From contig NW_003314430.1 of the NCBI RefSeq assembly GCF_000143415.4, forward strand, positions 62,001-126,000: a stretch of DNA of 64,000 nucleotides, read 5' to 3'. A program made the position numbers and the translations under genes. This DNA comes from Selaginella moellendorffii. Taxonomy: Eukaryota > Plantae > Lycopodiophyta. The notes under the pieces were generated by a model. That model was not told the origin of the DNA. It saw nothing but the letters and a program-made list of their open reading frames with translations, and ran no database searches. Every line of letters begins with the position of its first letter. Within the stretch, counting starts at the first letter, position 1. Positions 34,909-47,270 of the stretch are shown piece by piece.

Positions 34909-36759
34909 ATGGTGATCTTGCGGCGGATGCGCACGCTTCTCTTTCCACCCTTCCTGGCACTCTTGGCGATCATCTTCTGGAGCGCCTCTCTTCAGATCCC
35001 GAGCGCCTCTGTTCTCGATTTGGAGTGTCTCGTGTGTCATGGCGTCAATGTCGTCAAAAATCCATTGTGGCAATTGCGCGCGCTCAGCTTCGACAGGGAT
35101 CCGCCCAAGCAGCGATCCGAGAGCGAGATCGTGGTAGCCAGCGACAGCGTAACAGGGCTGCCAAGTCTAGATGATCAAGATCGCGTCTTTCAGCTGGAAA
35201 TTCCTTCTGCTTCTACGACGGCATCAGCTGATTTGGAAGGCGGCGAAGATGAGATTGACAAACAAAAGGAGATTGGCGAATTCTTCCAGGAGCTCCAAAG
35301 GAATTCATCGTCCACTATAGCCGATCGTAACAGCACTCTTGAAGATTCCAGCCAAGCAGGGGAGAGGCCGCTACAACCGCCCAACGATCCATCAATAGCT
35401 CGAAACGCTTCCATTAATCCCCCTTCTATAAGTTCCTTGACAGCTGATGATCAAGAGGGGAAGCGTGCGATCGAAGAGGTGGAGCGACTTATGCAATTCT
35501 TGCGAAGATCAGGATCAGGCCAGGTAAAGAAGTCTCCACAGGATTGCCAGGGAAGAAACGTCTATGTCTACGATCTTCCACCCAAATTCAACACGGATCT
35601 CCTCAAGCAATGTGAAACTCTGCTGCCATGGATGAGCATGTGTGATTTCGTCCGCAATTCGGGAATGGGTCTTCCAGTTTCGATCGACGCCGCTCGCGAT
35701 TTCCTCACTCCTCGCGGATCTTGGTTCAAGACACACCAGTACGCGCTGGAGATGATCTTCCACGCCCGGATCCTCGACTACTCCTGCCGGGTGCTCGATC
35801 CATCCCTCGCCGACGTGTTCTACGTGCCCTACTACGCCGGCCTGGACGTGATGCGATGGAATTTCGTGCCCAACGTGAGCAGCGCACAGAGCGACGTGTT
35901 GGGCGACGAGCTCATGACATGGCTGATTCAGCAGCCGTCCACGTGGAAAACGGGCGACCGACGTGACCATGTCATAGCCCTGGGAAAAATCTCCTGGGAT
36001 TTTAGGCGTATGACATCGGACGCAAAATGGGGGAGTAATCTCCTCGCGCGCGCGGACATGGCCAACGTCACCAAGCTTCTCATCGAGCGCCACCCCTGGC
36101 ACCCCAATGACGTGGGCGTGCCACATCCCACCTTCTTCCACCCGGGTTCCGACGTGGACATCACGACGTGGCAGGCTCGCGTGCTCAGGGACGACGTCCG
36201 GCCGAGCCTCGTCGCCTTCGCTGGCCAGCCCAGGCCCGGGCAGGGCGGGAGCATCCGTGGGGAGCTGATACGGCAGTGTACGGCTCGCTCGGACCTGTGC
36301 CGGACCTTGGACTGCGGCTCCGGGGCTTGCTTTGGTCCCGAGGCGACTCTAGGTCTGTTTTTAGTCTCGGATTTTTGCCTCCAGCCAGTTGGCGACAGCC
36401 CGACCCGGAGATCGGTGTTTGATTCGCTGCTGGCCGGCTGCATTCCGGTTTTTTTCGACCCCTTCACGGCCTACTACCAGTATCCATGGCATCTTCCGTC
36501 AAATGGTAGCGCATATTCTGTTATGATCGCGGCAGATTCTGTTACCGACGTGGATATCGTGGGCGAGCTCCAGAAGATTCCATTCGCACGGAGGAAGGAG
36601 ATGCGGCATTTCATTGTCCACGAGATTCTCCCCGGGATCGTCTACGCGCAGCCGGGATCCAAACTGGAGAAATTCGAGGACGCCTTCGACGTTGCCATGA
36701 GAAACGTGATTGCCAGGGTCGCTTCGAGAGAGGTTTACGATTCCAGCGAGCTCAGATGA
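34909..36759 (+). CDS. GT47/exostosin family xyloglucan galactosyltransferase-like protein (MUR3/KAM1 clade)
   Basis: TM anchor, VYVYDLPPKFN, WFKTHQYALEMIFH, YVPYYAGLD, GKISWDFRR, FCLQPVGDSPTRRSVFDSLLAGCIPVFF. Confidence 0.93.
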   Translation: MVILRRMRTLLFPPFLALLAIIFWSASLQIPSASVLDLECLVCHGVNVVKNPLWQLRALSFDRDPPKQRSESEIVVASDSVTGLPSLDDQDRVFQLEIPSASTTASADLEGGEDEIDKQKEIGEFFQELQRNSSSTIADRNSTLEDSSQAGERPLQPPNDPSIARNASINPPSISSLTADDQEGKRAIEEVERLMQFLRRSGSGQVKKSPQDCQGRNVYVYDLPPKFNTDLLKQCETLLPWMSMCDFVRNSGMGLPVSIDAARDFLTPRGSWFKTHQYALEMIFHARILDYSCRVLDPSLADVFYVPYYAGLDVMRWNFVPNVSSAQSDVLGDELMTWLIQQPSTWKTGDRRDHVIALGKISWDFRRMTSDAKWGSNLLARADMANVTKLLIERHPWHPNDVGVPHPTFFHPGSDVDITTWQARVLRDDVRPSLVAFAGQPRPGQGGSIRGELIRQCTARSDLCRTLDCGSGACFGPEATLGLFLVSDFCLQPVGDSPTRRSVFDSLLAGCIPVFFDPFTAYYQYPWHLPSNGSAYSVMIAADSVTDVDIVGELQKIPFARRKEMRHFIVHEILPGIVYAQPGSKLEKFEDAFDVAMRNVIARVASREVYDSSELR

Positions 36760-37096
36760 TCGATCACCCAAAGTTTGCTTGTTGTATAGATTTATACACA
36801 CAATTGACACACACACGACACATTCTTTTATATCTCTTTCTTCACGGCAGCAAACGCAAATGGTGTTCCACATAAGACTTATACAAAGAGTTCTTCCGTT
36901 CTCACATCATCTTTGTTTTTGCTATCCATCTTGGACGGCTCATAAATTAATCCTTGAGGACTCGAATGGGAAGTAGAAGAACGATGAACCACGGGTTGAT
37001 CCATCCATCCCTTTGTCGCCTCCATCACTCCCGCAGCCCGAGCTCGAGCTCTAAAGCCAGGCCGCGGTTTGCTGGATGCTACAACTCCCATTCACT

Positions 37097-38068
37097 TCAT
37101 GCCTCGGCCCAGAGCGTGGAGAGGAAGAGCTGTCGAACGAACTTTGATCGAACGCTTGCCTCTTCCAGCTTCTGCTCTCTCTCTTCGGCCGTGAGGGAGC
37201 ATTCAGCACTGTTAAGATCCAAAAAAATCGCAACTTGATCAGCAACTGCTGCGAGAAATCACTTTCGTATACAAAGACATACCTTAGCTCGGCTGGAGCT
37301 GTGGAAGTAGCAAGAGAAACCGAATCCGAGTTATCCAAGCTCAGCTTGGAAGAATCGTCAATCTCGGATATGGGCATGTTACAGACAAGCGTGGACAAGA
37401 AGAGATCCGGAATTCCAGATCCTGTCCTTGCCGGAGAGCACGCTCCCAGGAGAGCCTGCAAGTGTGCTTGATTCATGTCCTTCCCACTGAAGGGAAATCC
37501 GGAATGGGACGTGATTCCCGGCCTCCTAAACTTGCGACGCCTCTGAAAGTAAGCTTCTCGTCAAGGATAATACAAACGAGGAACCGGAACAAAGATAAGA
37601 AAACCAACTTTTTCAAAGGATATCTTGAAGAGATTTCCGTGATGAACTGTGATATGGCTGATCATGTCCTTCCCGACTTTGGCAGCACACACGGGACACA
37701 GCTATAGACACAGAAACGCAAAGAATCAAAATCCACGAAGGAAGAAGAAGAAGAAAAAGAGAATTTTCTTACCACAGGTCTTGATTCGGAGAAATGCTCG
37801 TCCTCCAGGTGAGAACACAGAGAGAGCAAGTCCAATCCCTCGAAACAGTATGGACAAGCAAAATCCGGTCTCAGTTCCTCATCGCCCTCCACATCATCCA
37901 CAGTGAAGTGCTGATCTGCATTGCGAGCGCAGAAAACCAATGTAACACCCACGAAAAAATTCGATAGTGGAAAAGGAGGAGAAGAGAGCTCTATAGCTTA
38001 CCCAGCATCGAATGAACGGCGTACTGGCGCTTAGAGAGCAAGCGAGCTGCCCACATATCGCCCTCCAT
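37097..38068 (-). CDS. DI19: Drought-induced 19 (Di19) zinc-finger protein, multi-exon
   Basis: MEGDMWAARLLSKRQY, DFACPYCFEGLDLLSLCSHLEDEH, CPVCAAKVGKDMISHI, PDLFLSTLV, RSKFVRQLFLSTL. Confidence 0.88.
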
Positions 38069-38390
38069 GCTTGCTTCCACGGCGAATGCGGCCGAACGGC
38101 GACGAGCACCTCAAAACCCTGGTCAATCCCGGCCCGCCGCTGCAACCACACACGATTCTTGCGACGGCCGCGCACACGAGAGGAATCGCGACATACCGGA
38201 GGGGGGAAATCGACAATGCCGCCGCGGCGTCGCTATCTGGGCGCACACAAGCTTCCCTCTTGTGTGGCTATGGCGTCCCCGAACCTGGACTGGGATCCCA
38301 GACCTAGAATCCCGAACCTGCGGTTACCGTGCCACGCGGCCGCGGCGATCTTTCCATTTTGCAACCGCAAAAAATTATAAGGCTATCATA

Positions 38391-38400
38391 GACACGTGGC
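38391..38400. promoter_or_regulatory. G-box/ABRE (GACACGTGGC) upstream of Di19
   Basis: Exact consensus, next to TTATAA (38375-38380) and a GCCACGCGGC element near 38330. Confidence 0.45.
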
Positions 38401-38472
38401 GCAGAGCCATTGGCAGCAGTGGTTGACTTTGCCGTGGGCGAACAGGGTAAAAACGCGGCATTACTTTCTCTT

Positions 38473-39350
38473 TCACTTGGAAATCCAGTAAAGGAACATC
38501 AAGAAAGTGCAAACTGAAATCACGGCTGACAAGATCAATGTGTCCTGGTTTTTTTTTCTTCGAATCGCAACTAGAACATGGTTCACCTGGAAAGCACGCA
38601 TCAAAAAAGGATTTTTTTTTATCCCCACACTGATCGATCTGCGAACTTCTTACCGACGGTAGAATGGATCCTACGTTGTTGATCTTGAATCCGATCGTTC
38701 CAAACAAGCTTCGCTGCGTGGACAGCGCGCTGAGAGCTGCGTGTGCTTGATTCACGACCGAGTCTATCTGAGAACCAAGTCACTGTAAGAAAAAAGAAGT
38801 AACTTTGTCTAGATCTTAGAAGAACCTGAGCAGTAGATCTCTGGATGGAGCTCCTCTCTTGCACAAGGGGATCAACTTCCAATCTTCTCTCCGATGGCGA
38901 TCGAAAAGAGTGGAGCAATTCGGCGTGCTCGCGATTGTCTTTGGCAATAGCTCGTTTCCTCTTAAACTCCTGCGAGAGCTCTCACTATGTCAAAGGAGAA
39001 AAGAAAGTTCTTTCTCATACATTTTCTTACCTGGACGAACTCGTGAGAGATGTTTAGATGGCGTGCCAAGGTATGAGAAACAATGTCAGAACCGATCGCT
39101 GACATCAAAGACTGCATACTCGAATTGATTTGCTGGAGTTGCTTGAGCAGCCTCTCGATCTCCGCTTCACAATCCTCCCCCGACTGATCTGGCCGCCCAA
39201 AACTCGCGAGCTTCGCATCGATCTCGTTCTCCAGCCTTCGCGCCTGGCATTAAACCCTTAGAGAGAATGCTCACGGATCAAGCGCCCATTGCTCACCTGC
39301 TTGCGGAGATCGTCCCATCCGACTCCGGCGAAGCTCGGATCCACCGCCAT
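38473..39350 (-). CDS. GOS11: Golgi SNARE GOS1 family (GOS11-like), multi-exon
   Basis: WDDLRKQ|ARRLENEIDAKL, SHTLARH, REHAELL, IDSVVNQA..QRSLFG, IRRKKNQDTLILSAVISVCTFLMFLYWISK. Confidence 0.88.
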
Positions 39351-39584
39351 TTTCTTTCTTCTTCTTCCTCACGAACCCTAATTGGAAGCCCTAGTCAGTG
39401 ACAAAAAGGAGAAGATACCAAAATTTCAAATTCAAATTCAAACCATTCGCGGCAATCGATCGATCAATGAACGCCTCCAAGAACGAAAAAGATCTCTCTC
39501 CCGTGAAACTCGAGTGGGTCCTCAAATCGATCGTGAGCTTTTTTTTCTCGGAAATTCAACGTGATCCCACGTAGCTCACTCACG

Positions 39585-41040
39585 ATGGGTATATCTTTGA
39601 GCGCTCGCGCGATCTCCCGAAGGATGGCGAGATGGAGCAGCAAAGAAGATTGGGACAAACAACGCCAGCGCCAAATCCAAAACCTGTTCCTCACGGTTCT
39701 GTGCCTCAGCCTCGCGGTTCTTCTCATCGCTGTGCCTCGGGAATACAGAACAACGCAGACCTTCTCGAGTAAGAGCTATAACTTTTGACAGAGATTCTTG
39801 GCTTACTTGTGATCGAGCAGGAGCGAGCGAAAGGATCGAATCCACAGGTAAGTCCGGTGCTACGTCGAAGAAAACCGTGGAGGATGGTGTTGCCTGTGAT
39901 CTTTCAAACTATCGCACAGCAGTGTGTCGCCTCGCTGGTGATCTGAGAATCAGGGGCAGCACGGTGACACTGTTTAGTCCTAGCAACACCGACGAGGAGA
40001 TCCTCGTCCAAAAGATCAAGCCATACCCGAGAAAGTGGCAGAAGCAGCTCCTCGAGAAGATTAGCGAGGTGACGATCAAAGTGAGAAGATCCAGCTCCAG
40101 CGCTCCACAGCACCAGTGTGATGTCAACCACACGCAAGCCGCCATGATCTTCTCGACTGGAGGCTACACCGGAAGTGTCTACCACGACTTTAACGATGGT
40201 CTCATCCCCATCTATATCACCTCGCACGGATTCCAGGGCGAGGTTGTGTTCTTCGTCTCCGAGTTTCAGCCGTGGTGGATGAAGAAGTACGGTAACATTG
40301 TCAAGCAGATGACCAAGTACCCCGTCCAAGACTTTTCCAGCGACTCCGCGCAGCACCGCGTCCACTGCTTCCCCAAAGTCGTGGTCGGTTTGGACATCCA
40401 CGACGAGCTTGCCATCAATGCCGCAAAGATGTCGCATGGAAAGTCCATCCGAGACTTCCAATCCATCCTCAGTACTGCCTTCTCGGCCTCGGCCAGTCGG
40501 ACCAAAGTTCCACGCACCAGGCCGAAGCTCGTCTTCATCACTCGGCGAAGAACTCGGGTTGTCACCAACGAGGAAGAAGTGGTCCAGCTTGCGGAGAGAG
40601 CTGGATTTGACGTCGAGGCTCTGGAACCCGGATTCAACCACGAGATGGCCAATCTTTACGGGATCATACAGTCGGCCGACGTTCTTCTCGGTGTCCATGG
40701 AGCAGCAATGACACACCTGCTGTTTATGCGACCGGGATCACTTCTCCTCCAAATCGTTCCACTTGGAACCAAGAGCCCGTCTCGGTCGTTCTATGGAAAC
40801 CCGGCCATGAAAGCTGGTATGCAGTATATGGAGTATATCGTCGAAGCCAGTGAGAGCAGCCTGTTGAAACGCTTTGGACAGAACCACTCCGTGATAGTGA
40901 GTCCTCCAGAGAATCCAGGATCGTCTTCCGGGTGGAGCGATATGAAGAAGATTTATCTCGACAAGCAGAACGTTACGATCTCGCTTTCGAGGTTCGAGCC
41001 AGTTCTTCGAGAAGCCTTTGAGAAAATCTCATCTCTGTGA
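39585..41040 (+). CDS. GT61 family glycosyltransferase (2 exons)
   Basis: TM anchor, KIKPYPRKW, FSTGGYTGSVYHDFNDGLIPIYITS, LLGVHGAAMTHLLFMRPG. Confidence 0.92.
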
Positions 41041-41121
41041 CCGACGTGGATCCGGCAGCGCAGCATGTAAAGAAAGTTCTTCCCCTCGGAGTGGTTTGTG
41101 ATGAGTTTTCGTTTCTTCCAG

Positions 41122-42993
41122 CTAGCCAGCGTTGATGATCCCAGCTAGAACAACATACGGAGCTGCCTTCTGCGGATTGAGATGAGAGACCAACTTCGTT
41201 CCTCGGCCCCGATCACTCTGGAGCTTGCAAGAACTCAGCAGAGCTGTCCACTGGCCGGTACCGGGAATGAACGGCATGCTTCCGATGAGATCTTCCGCCT
41301 CGTTGAGCTCTCCTGCTCGTCCCAAAATGTCGATCATCAGACCGTAATGCTCCCTCGCGGGATTCACTCCATGGTCGCCAACCATGGAGCTAAAGCACCA
41401 CAACGCGTCTCTCAGCACCCCAGAGTGAGTGAAACCACTCAGTGTACTCATCATCGTCATGTCGTCGGGGTGGAACCCTTCCACCACCATTTGCAGCTCC
41501 AGATCTAGCGCCAACTTCCCTCTGCCCGAGTTTGAAAACACCGAGATGATCGTGTTCCAGGATGCCGTGTTCTTCGCAGGCGTTCGATCAAATATGAGCT
41601 TTGATGATCCGACATGGCCGTTGTGAGCGTAGGCAGCAGCCAGAGCGTTCCAGGAGACCACATCCGGCTCTGGAATCTGGTGAAAGAACTCCATCGTCTC
41701 CTTGAGGAACAATCCTTGAGAGAATCCCGTGAGCATCGCGTTCCAGGAGACCAAGCTGTGTAGAGGCATCGAATCAAACACCGTCTTGGCGCCGAGAGCA
41801 TCGTAGTGCTGTGCGAAAGCCGCGAGAAGAGCGTTCCAGGACGAGACATCCCACCTCGGCATGAGATCAAACAAAACTCTTGCCTTTTCCAGTTCCCCAT
41901 TGAAGGCATAGCCAGCGATCATCCCATTCCAGCTGACGATGTTCCTCTCTTGCATCTCGTGAAAGACCTCCTCCATCTTCCTCACTCGCCGAAAGCTCCC
42001 ATAGGCCGTGATGATCCCATTGCAAGAGATCACATCCCAAACAGGCATCCTCCAGAAGAGCTCCTCGGCGGAATCCAGATGCCCATTTTGGGCATACGCT
42101 GCGATCATCGCATTGAGCGCCACGACGTTGAAGCACGGGATCCTGGCGAAGATTTCTTCTGCCCTGGCGAGATTACCTCTGTCGGAGTAGGCGCTGAGCA
42201 CGGCACTGCTGGAGCACACATCCCACTCCGGCATCGCCTCGAAAGCCGCGATGGCGTCATCGATCTGGCCGCTGTGAGCGTAGCACCCGATTAGGGTATT
42301 CCAAGACACGATGTTCTTGAGCGGCATTGCATCGAACAGAGCCCTGGCGGCGTCGATCTCCCCGTTCCTGGCCAGCGCCTGGAACATCGCGGTGCTGGAC
42401 ACGACATTCCACTCGGGCATCGCATCGAAGAGCTCCTTGGCGAGGACGAATTGCCCGCTCTCCGAGTAGCCCTGGAGCAGCGATGTCCACGAGATGATGC
42501 TCCGGCACGGCATTCCGGAATCGAACAGGCCCTTGGCCTCGCCCAGATGGCCGTTGGATGCGAGCGCGTGGAGCATCGCATCGCGCGCCACGCTATTCCG
42601 GAATGCCATGGAATCGAAGAGATCCCTGGCCTCCTGCAAATGCCCAGCCTGGGAATATGCGACTAGCAGCGCGGTATCGGCCATCACATTCCTCTCCGGA
42701 ATCCTCTCCAGCAAATCCCGCGCTTCATCGACATGCCCATTCCGGGCATATGCGGTGATCATCATCGTCCACGAGAACTCGTTTGGGTTGTCAATGCCAT
42801 CGAAAACCCGGCGAGCGTTGGCCACACTCCCGCATTTGCCGAACATTTCAATGGCGAGATTGCGAAGGTAAGTGCTGCTGCGGCATCTGCTGGAGAGAAT
42901 CGAGGCAAAGATTGCATTTGCCCGGACGGGGTCATTTTCCACACCGCATTTCCTCAGTAGCAGCGCATACTTATCCTCGTCAACCAGGGACAT
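41122..42993 (-). CDS. PLS-class PPR protein with E domain, intronless
   Basis: Many short F..MP..N.VSW repeats, HYGLMIDILGRAGELNEAEDLI..MPF.P..W.ALL; first in-frame ATG at 42993. Confidence 0.93.
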   Translation of the reverse strand: MSLVDEDKYALLLRKCGVENDPVRANAIFASILSSRCRSSTYLRNLAIEMFGKCGSVANARRVFDGIDNPNEFSWTMMITAYARNGHVDEARDLLERIPERNVMADTALLVAYSQAGHLQEARDLFDSMAFRNSVARDAMLHALASNGHLGEAKGLFDSGMPCRSIISWTSLLQGYSESGQFVLAKELFDAMPEWNVVSSTAMFQALARNGEIDAARALFDAMPLKNIVSWNTLIGCYAHSGQIDDAIAAFEAMPEWDVCSSSAVLSAYSDRGNLARAEEIFARIPCFNVVALNAMIAAYAQNGHLDSAEELFWRMPVWDVISCNGIITAYGSFRRVRKMEEVFHEMQERNIVSWNGMIAGYAFNGELEKARVLFDLMPRWDVSSWNALLAAFAQHYDALGAKTVFDSMPLHSLVSWNAMLTGFSQGLFLKETMEFFHQIPEPDVVSWNALAAAYAHNGHVGSSKLIFDRTPAKNTASWNTIISVFSNSGRGKLALDLELQMVVEGFHPDDMTMMSTLSGFTHSGVLRDALWCFSSMVGDHGVNPAREHYGLMIDILGRAGELNEAEDLIGSMPFIPGTGQWTALLSSCKLQSDRGRGTKLVSHLNPQKAAPYVVLAGIINAG

Positions 42994-44330
42994 GAGAGTT
43001 CTAAACCGTGTTCCTTTTGCAAGTGGCAAATATGCCAAAAATTGTATAAATGTTAATATGTTCTGTTTTAGATCTTAGGGCGCCCACCTTGCTAGATTTA
43101 TTGCTGACCTTGTCAAAGGTCTAGCAAATGTACGAAGAACAACTTACTCGTGAACAGTCGTGTAAACAGTGGAGTGATAATGGAGAGATTTGGAATGATC
43201 CCAGCTCGGGGATCTTGGATCTTGGACCTTGGTGTTACGTACACGACAAGCGATGGGAATTTGTGGGCTTGGCCGTGCGTACGGAAGCAAAAGCAAAGTG
43301 TTTGATGCCTAATCGAAGATGATTCTTTCAATAGCCGAGCAAGGTGGCGGGGATCCATAAGTTGGCGCAAGTTTCCGAGGCGCGCAAGCTAGCATCGACG
43401 CTTCGTGGACACATGGACCGTATCAAACACTGCTCAAGATTTTTTTCCTCGCGAGTTACGTGGCACCACTCAAGCGCAGCACATCTAGATCTTCTGGAAG
43501 TTTAATTAACTCAGACACGAGCCATAGTTAATCTTTTATTAACGAACTAGAAATTAAACTAGAGGCTCGGGCATTTGGATTGGCCGCGACTGTGTTGCCA
43601 TTGCTCGAGTGACTTGATCAGAGTTTTCAAGGTTTTGTCGCGCTGATTATAGACGAGGTCTTTGTGTGGTGCTCACGGGTGACGTGACGTGACGGGCGGG
43701 ATCCTTGGGTTGCGACGGGCCACAAGCGCGTCAACGCTTCACAAGCACAGTGCCACCCGTCAATCTCCCAGCCACTCTACCTATATGGGCACGCATCACC
43801 CCCACCATTTCTCTTCGTCTCTCTCTCTCTCCTCTCTCGCGCTAGTTCTTCCTTGGCTTTTCTCGCGATCGGTGCCTTCTCTGGGCGATTCTCTTGAATC
43901 TGGCAGCTTAATGCTGCCGCGGGGACGATTCGCGAGCGCGCGAGCTTCCCGAAGATTCCACTCTAGGTCTGGCGGCGCTTTTCTTTCTTCGATCGAGCAT
44001 TGAGGTATGAATACCTTCTTGTGCTTGGATTTCTTCTCTCTTTCTCTCTCTCTCGTGCTAATTCTTGCTTTGGCTTTGTTTTCCAGAAGTTTTGTACCAG
44101 CGGCTAGCTTAGAGCTACATTATTTTTCTCCGCGTCCCGCGAAAACAGTGTTTTTTTCTTCTTCTTCTTCTTCTTCCTCTATTGCCTCTTTTGTGGAAAA
44201 TAACAAAAGAGTCCGTTTTGTGGGTGCGACTTTGTGGATCATTGACTCTGGGTGGAGATCAAACTTATCCCTTGTGCAAGTGTCTTACATTTTCTTTCCC
44301 AAAAAGGCTTCCAAGTTCCAAGCACACACC

Positions 44331-46537
44331 ATGGGCTGTGCGCTCACCAAAACCGAGGACGAGCACAACTCGGTGCAAGCTCCCGTCCAGACCGAGGAAC
44401 TCTGCGTCTTCTCGCCCGGCTTGCGCCTCCCAAAGTCACTGGAACTCGCAAACTCGGATCATCTCCTCCAAGCCTCCGCGAGAAATTTGCTGGAGAGATT
44501 GATGAGCGTCCACTCGAGACTTGCCGCCGCGGCGCAAGAGCTCGTCTCTACAAAGAAACTCAAGAAAAAGAGGTCTTCGCTAACTGGTAACCCGTGCATT
44601 CTCTGCAGATTCTCTCGATCATCAACCTGACTGTTTGTTTGTCCATTGTGATCGTGTTAGTCTCGAACATAACACAGCTTAAGGAGGCGATTGACGACTA
44701 CTTACCAGTTCTTCTCAAGCTCATCCGGAAAGGTACGCTTAAGTTACGCGAAAAGCTTTCGGTCTTCTTAGGATTGTCCTCTAGAGCCACGGTTGGCCGA
44801 CCAAGTTCTGTTCACTTGGACAAACCAAGAGGACGAGATAAAGGTGGGGGAAGAACTGTGCTTGTTTGCATCTCCTCGTCTTTTGTCTAACTTTTGGGAA
44901 ATCTCTCTTTTGTACGTCGTTGATTGCAGGAAACGACGCTGCAAAGCCCGTATTACGAAGTGCTGTCTGTGCTACAGCTCCTGGCGACGCTCTCGCTACT
45001 GGAAGCGAACAGGGCTCTCTTGTTTAAACCTGTAAACTTGGAAGCCAGCCATCACAGGCAGATCATGGACGGTAAGAGCCTTGAATGCGTTCCTTTATGT
45101 TGTAGAGCGCGACCTTTAACTCTTTCTCCGTTTCCAACAGAAACCAAGAAGTCTGCCATGGATGTTCTATTCAAAGCTGCAGAGATATTGGAATGCGCGC
45201 TTAAATCTGTCCTCCCTGAAGCTCCTCGTGAAGTAAGGTGAGTTTAAAGTCTGCTAAATTGGTGTTCCAGAGCTCGTTCGTTGTCTGATCTTGTTTTTCT
45301 TGTTTAAAAACTAGCAGGAATCAGCTGCCAGTGGACTTAAAGGAGGGCACGCTGCAGGCAATGCAGCTCCAAGCGCTAGGACAGGTGAGAGACAGCAAAA
45401 AAAACTCTTTTCTCCTTTAGTTTTTTGTCGTAGCAGTGCAGTGATATTTACTTTTCTCTGGACTGCTTTTGCTCAGACTGTTGAGATCCAACTGGGCCTG
45501 GCAGTCGACAATCCGAAAGCAACCATGGCAGTGAAGCGTCGATTAGCATGCGAGGAGCTCAAGTACTGGCAACAGGCTTGTTTCTTTGCTCGATCTCTCT
45601 CGCTCAACTCCAAAAACTAAACTTTTTCCTTCATTGTCTTTTGCAGGCCTACGAGAACTTGCAAGCTGTAAACCTGGGAAATGGATGGGGTGACAAGCAT
45701 TTACTTTTCATCAGATGGAAACGAGCCGAGGCCAAGGTAAGCAATCTAAGCAAAGTTGATCCCAGCAATCTAAGCAAGAGTTTTTGCCTTTCGTGGATCA
45801 AAGGTCGCAGCTTATTACTTCCACGGCCTGATCTTAAACGAGAGCAGTGACAGCCAAGGCGCAGCAGCCTGCCTGCGGGCGTCGGCACACTTCTTCAAGG
45901 AAAGCGAGAGAATCTGTGGCGACTTTTGTGCAACAGCGCCCATGACAACGAAGTACGTAGCAAGCAAAACCGTTTGATGGTTTGTGCATGGTTGTGGTCC
46001 TACGTTTATCTGCGTGCTTTGGCCTTTCTCTCTTGATTCCTCTGCCAGTCCTCGCTAGACTTTCCATTTTCTCATTCCGCTTTTCTCTTTCCTTGATCTA
46101 ATGGGAATGAAACTAAACTCCAAGGGGCGCCGTGTGTGCAGCAGGACACTGGTTGGCAAATCGCCATCATGGGGTCCAATGAAGCACCTCTCGGAGAAAA
46201 TTTCCAAGGACGCAGTAACATCAACACAACAGGACTTCTTGGAAGACAACAAGTAAGTTCTCGTGCTTTGGTGTAGGTGGTGTTTGGTTTGCTCCAAACA
46301 CACAGGGCTTTAGATTCTTGCTCTTGCTCGCCCGCCAAGTTTCTAAATTCTCGGCTTCTTTCTACTGCCATTTCCAGAGACAGGATCGTGGAGCTACCAG
46401 ATTTCGCATTGGCGCTGCAAGTAGACGCGTACCAAATGCCGGAGGCCGACGAGGAAGGAGAAATCGACGAGAAAAACTCCGCCGTGGAGCTTGGGATTCA
46501 AAGCGGGACAGAAGAACAAAGTACACTATACGCATAG
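44331..46537 (+). CDS. BRO1-domain (BROX-like) protein, multi-exon
   Basis: MGC start, VFSPGLRLPK, DDYLPVLL, FTWTNQED, YYEVLSVLQLLA, LAVKRRLACE-like motif, KHLLFIRWKRAEAK, AAAYYFHGLIL, LPDFALALQ. Confidence 0.88.
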
Positions 46538-47093
46538 GGTCAAGTCAAGTAAGGGGGAAATTTTTTGACTGCGCAGAGACGGCATAGAAGTTCCACAAAA
46601 AGAGAAAAGGTGGTAGAAATGCGTGGTAGCGACGCAAGCAAATCGCTAGCGCTAGACGATGGGCTATCGACGTCCATCGCGACTGTATATTAAATGTGCG
46701 TGTGCTTGACAAAATTTCAACGCAAACAAAGCGAGGGATGGTTTGGTAAAATTCTAGAAGGGAGTCGTGCCGGGTGGGAATCGAGCCGGGGATGTGCCGG
46801 CGTGGCCACGTTGTCTGCCAGCTGGAGCGCGTGGGCTCGAACTGGCACCAGTGCCGTCCAGGCTCAACTGGGACCGCCCTCCAGCTCATGCCCAGCCATG
46901 CCCATCATGGCCATCATGCCCATAAATACCATCCCATCCAATGGAAAGAGAGAGAGAGTAGCGGCCAGCCCTATCTTCCATTCTTTGTTCTTGGAGCTTT
47001 TTGACAAGAGAGAGAGAGAGAGAGAAGAGGGAGAGCAGTCGATCGATCGGCATTCTTGCGAGATTTCTCTCGTCTCCTCCTCCAGCTCTCGAA

Positions 47094-47270
47094 ATGGCGA
47101 GCAGATCCGCGTTCTTGATCGTGGCGGCGGTGGTAGCCGTGGCCTCCATGGCCGACATTGCCATGGCGCAGGCGCCCAGCCCCGCTCCAGAGGCCGGCGC
47201 CGGCACGGCATTGGCGATTCCAGTGCTGGCCGCGGGATTCCTGGCAGCGCTCGCCAGTTTCTTCCTTTGA
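47094..47270 (+). CDS. Arabinogalactan peptide (GPI-anchored AG peptide)
   Basis: Signal peptide + QAPSPAPEAG + hydrophobic GPI tail, 58 aa. Confidence 0.85.
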   Translation: MASRSAFLIVAAVVAVASMADIAMAQAPSPAPEAGAGTALAIPVLAAGFLAALASFFL

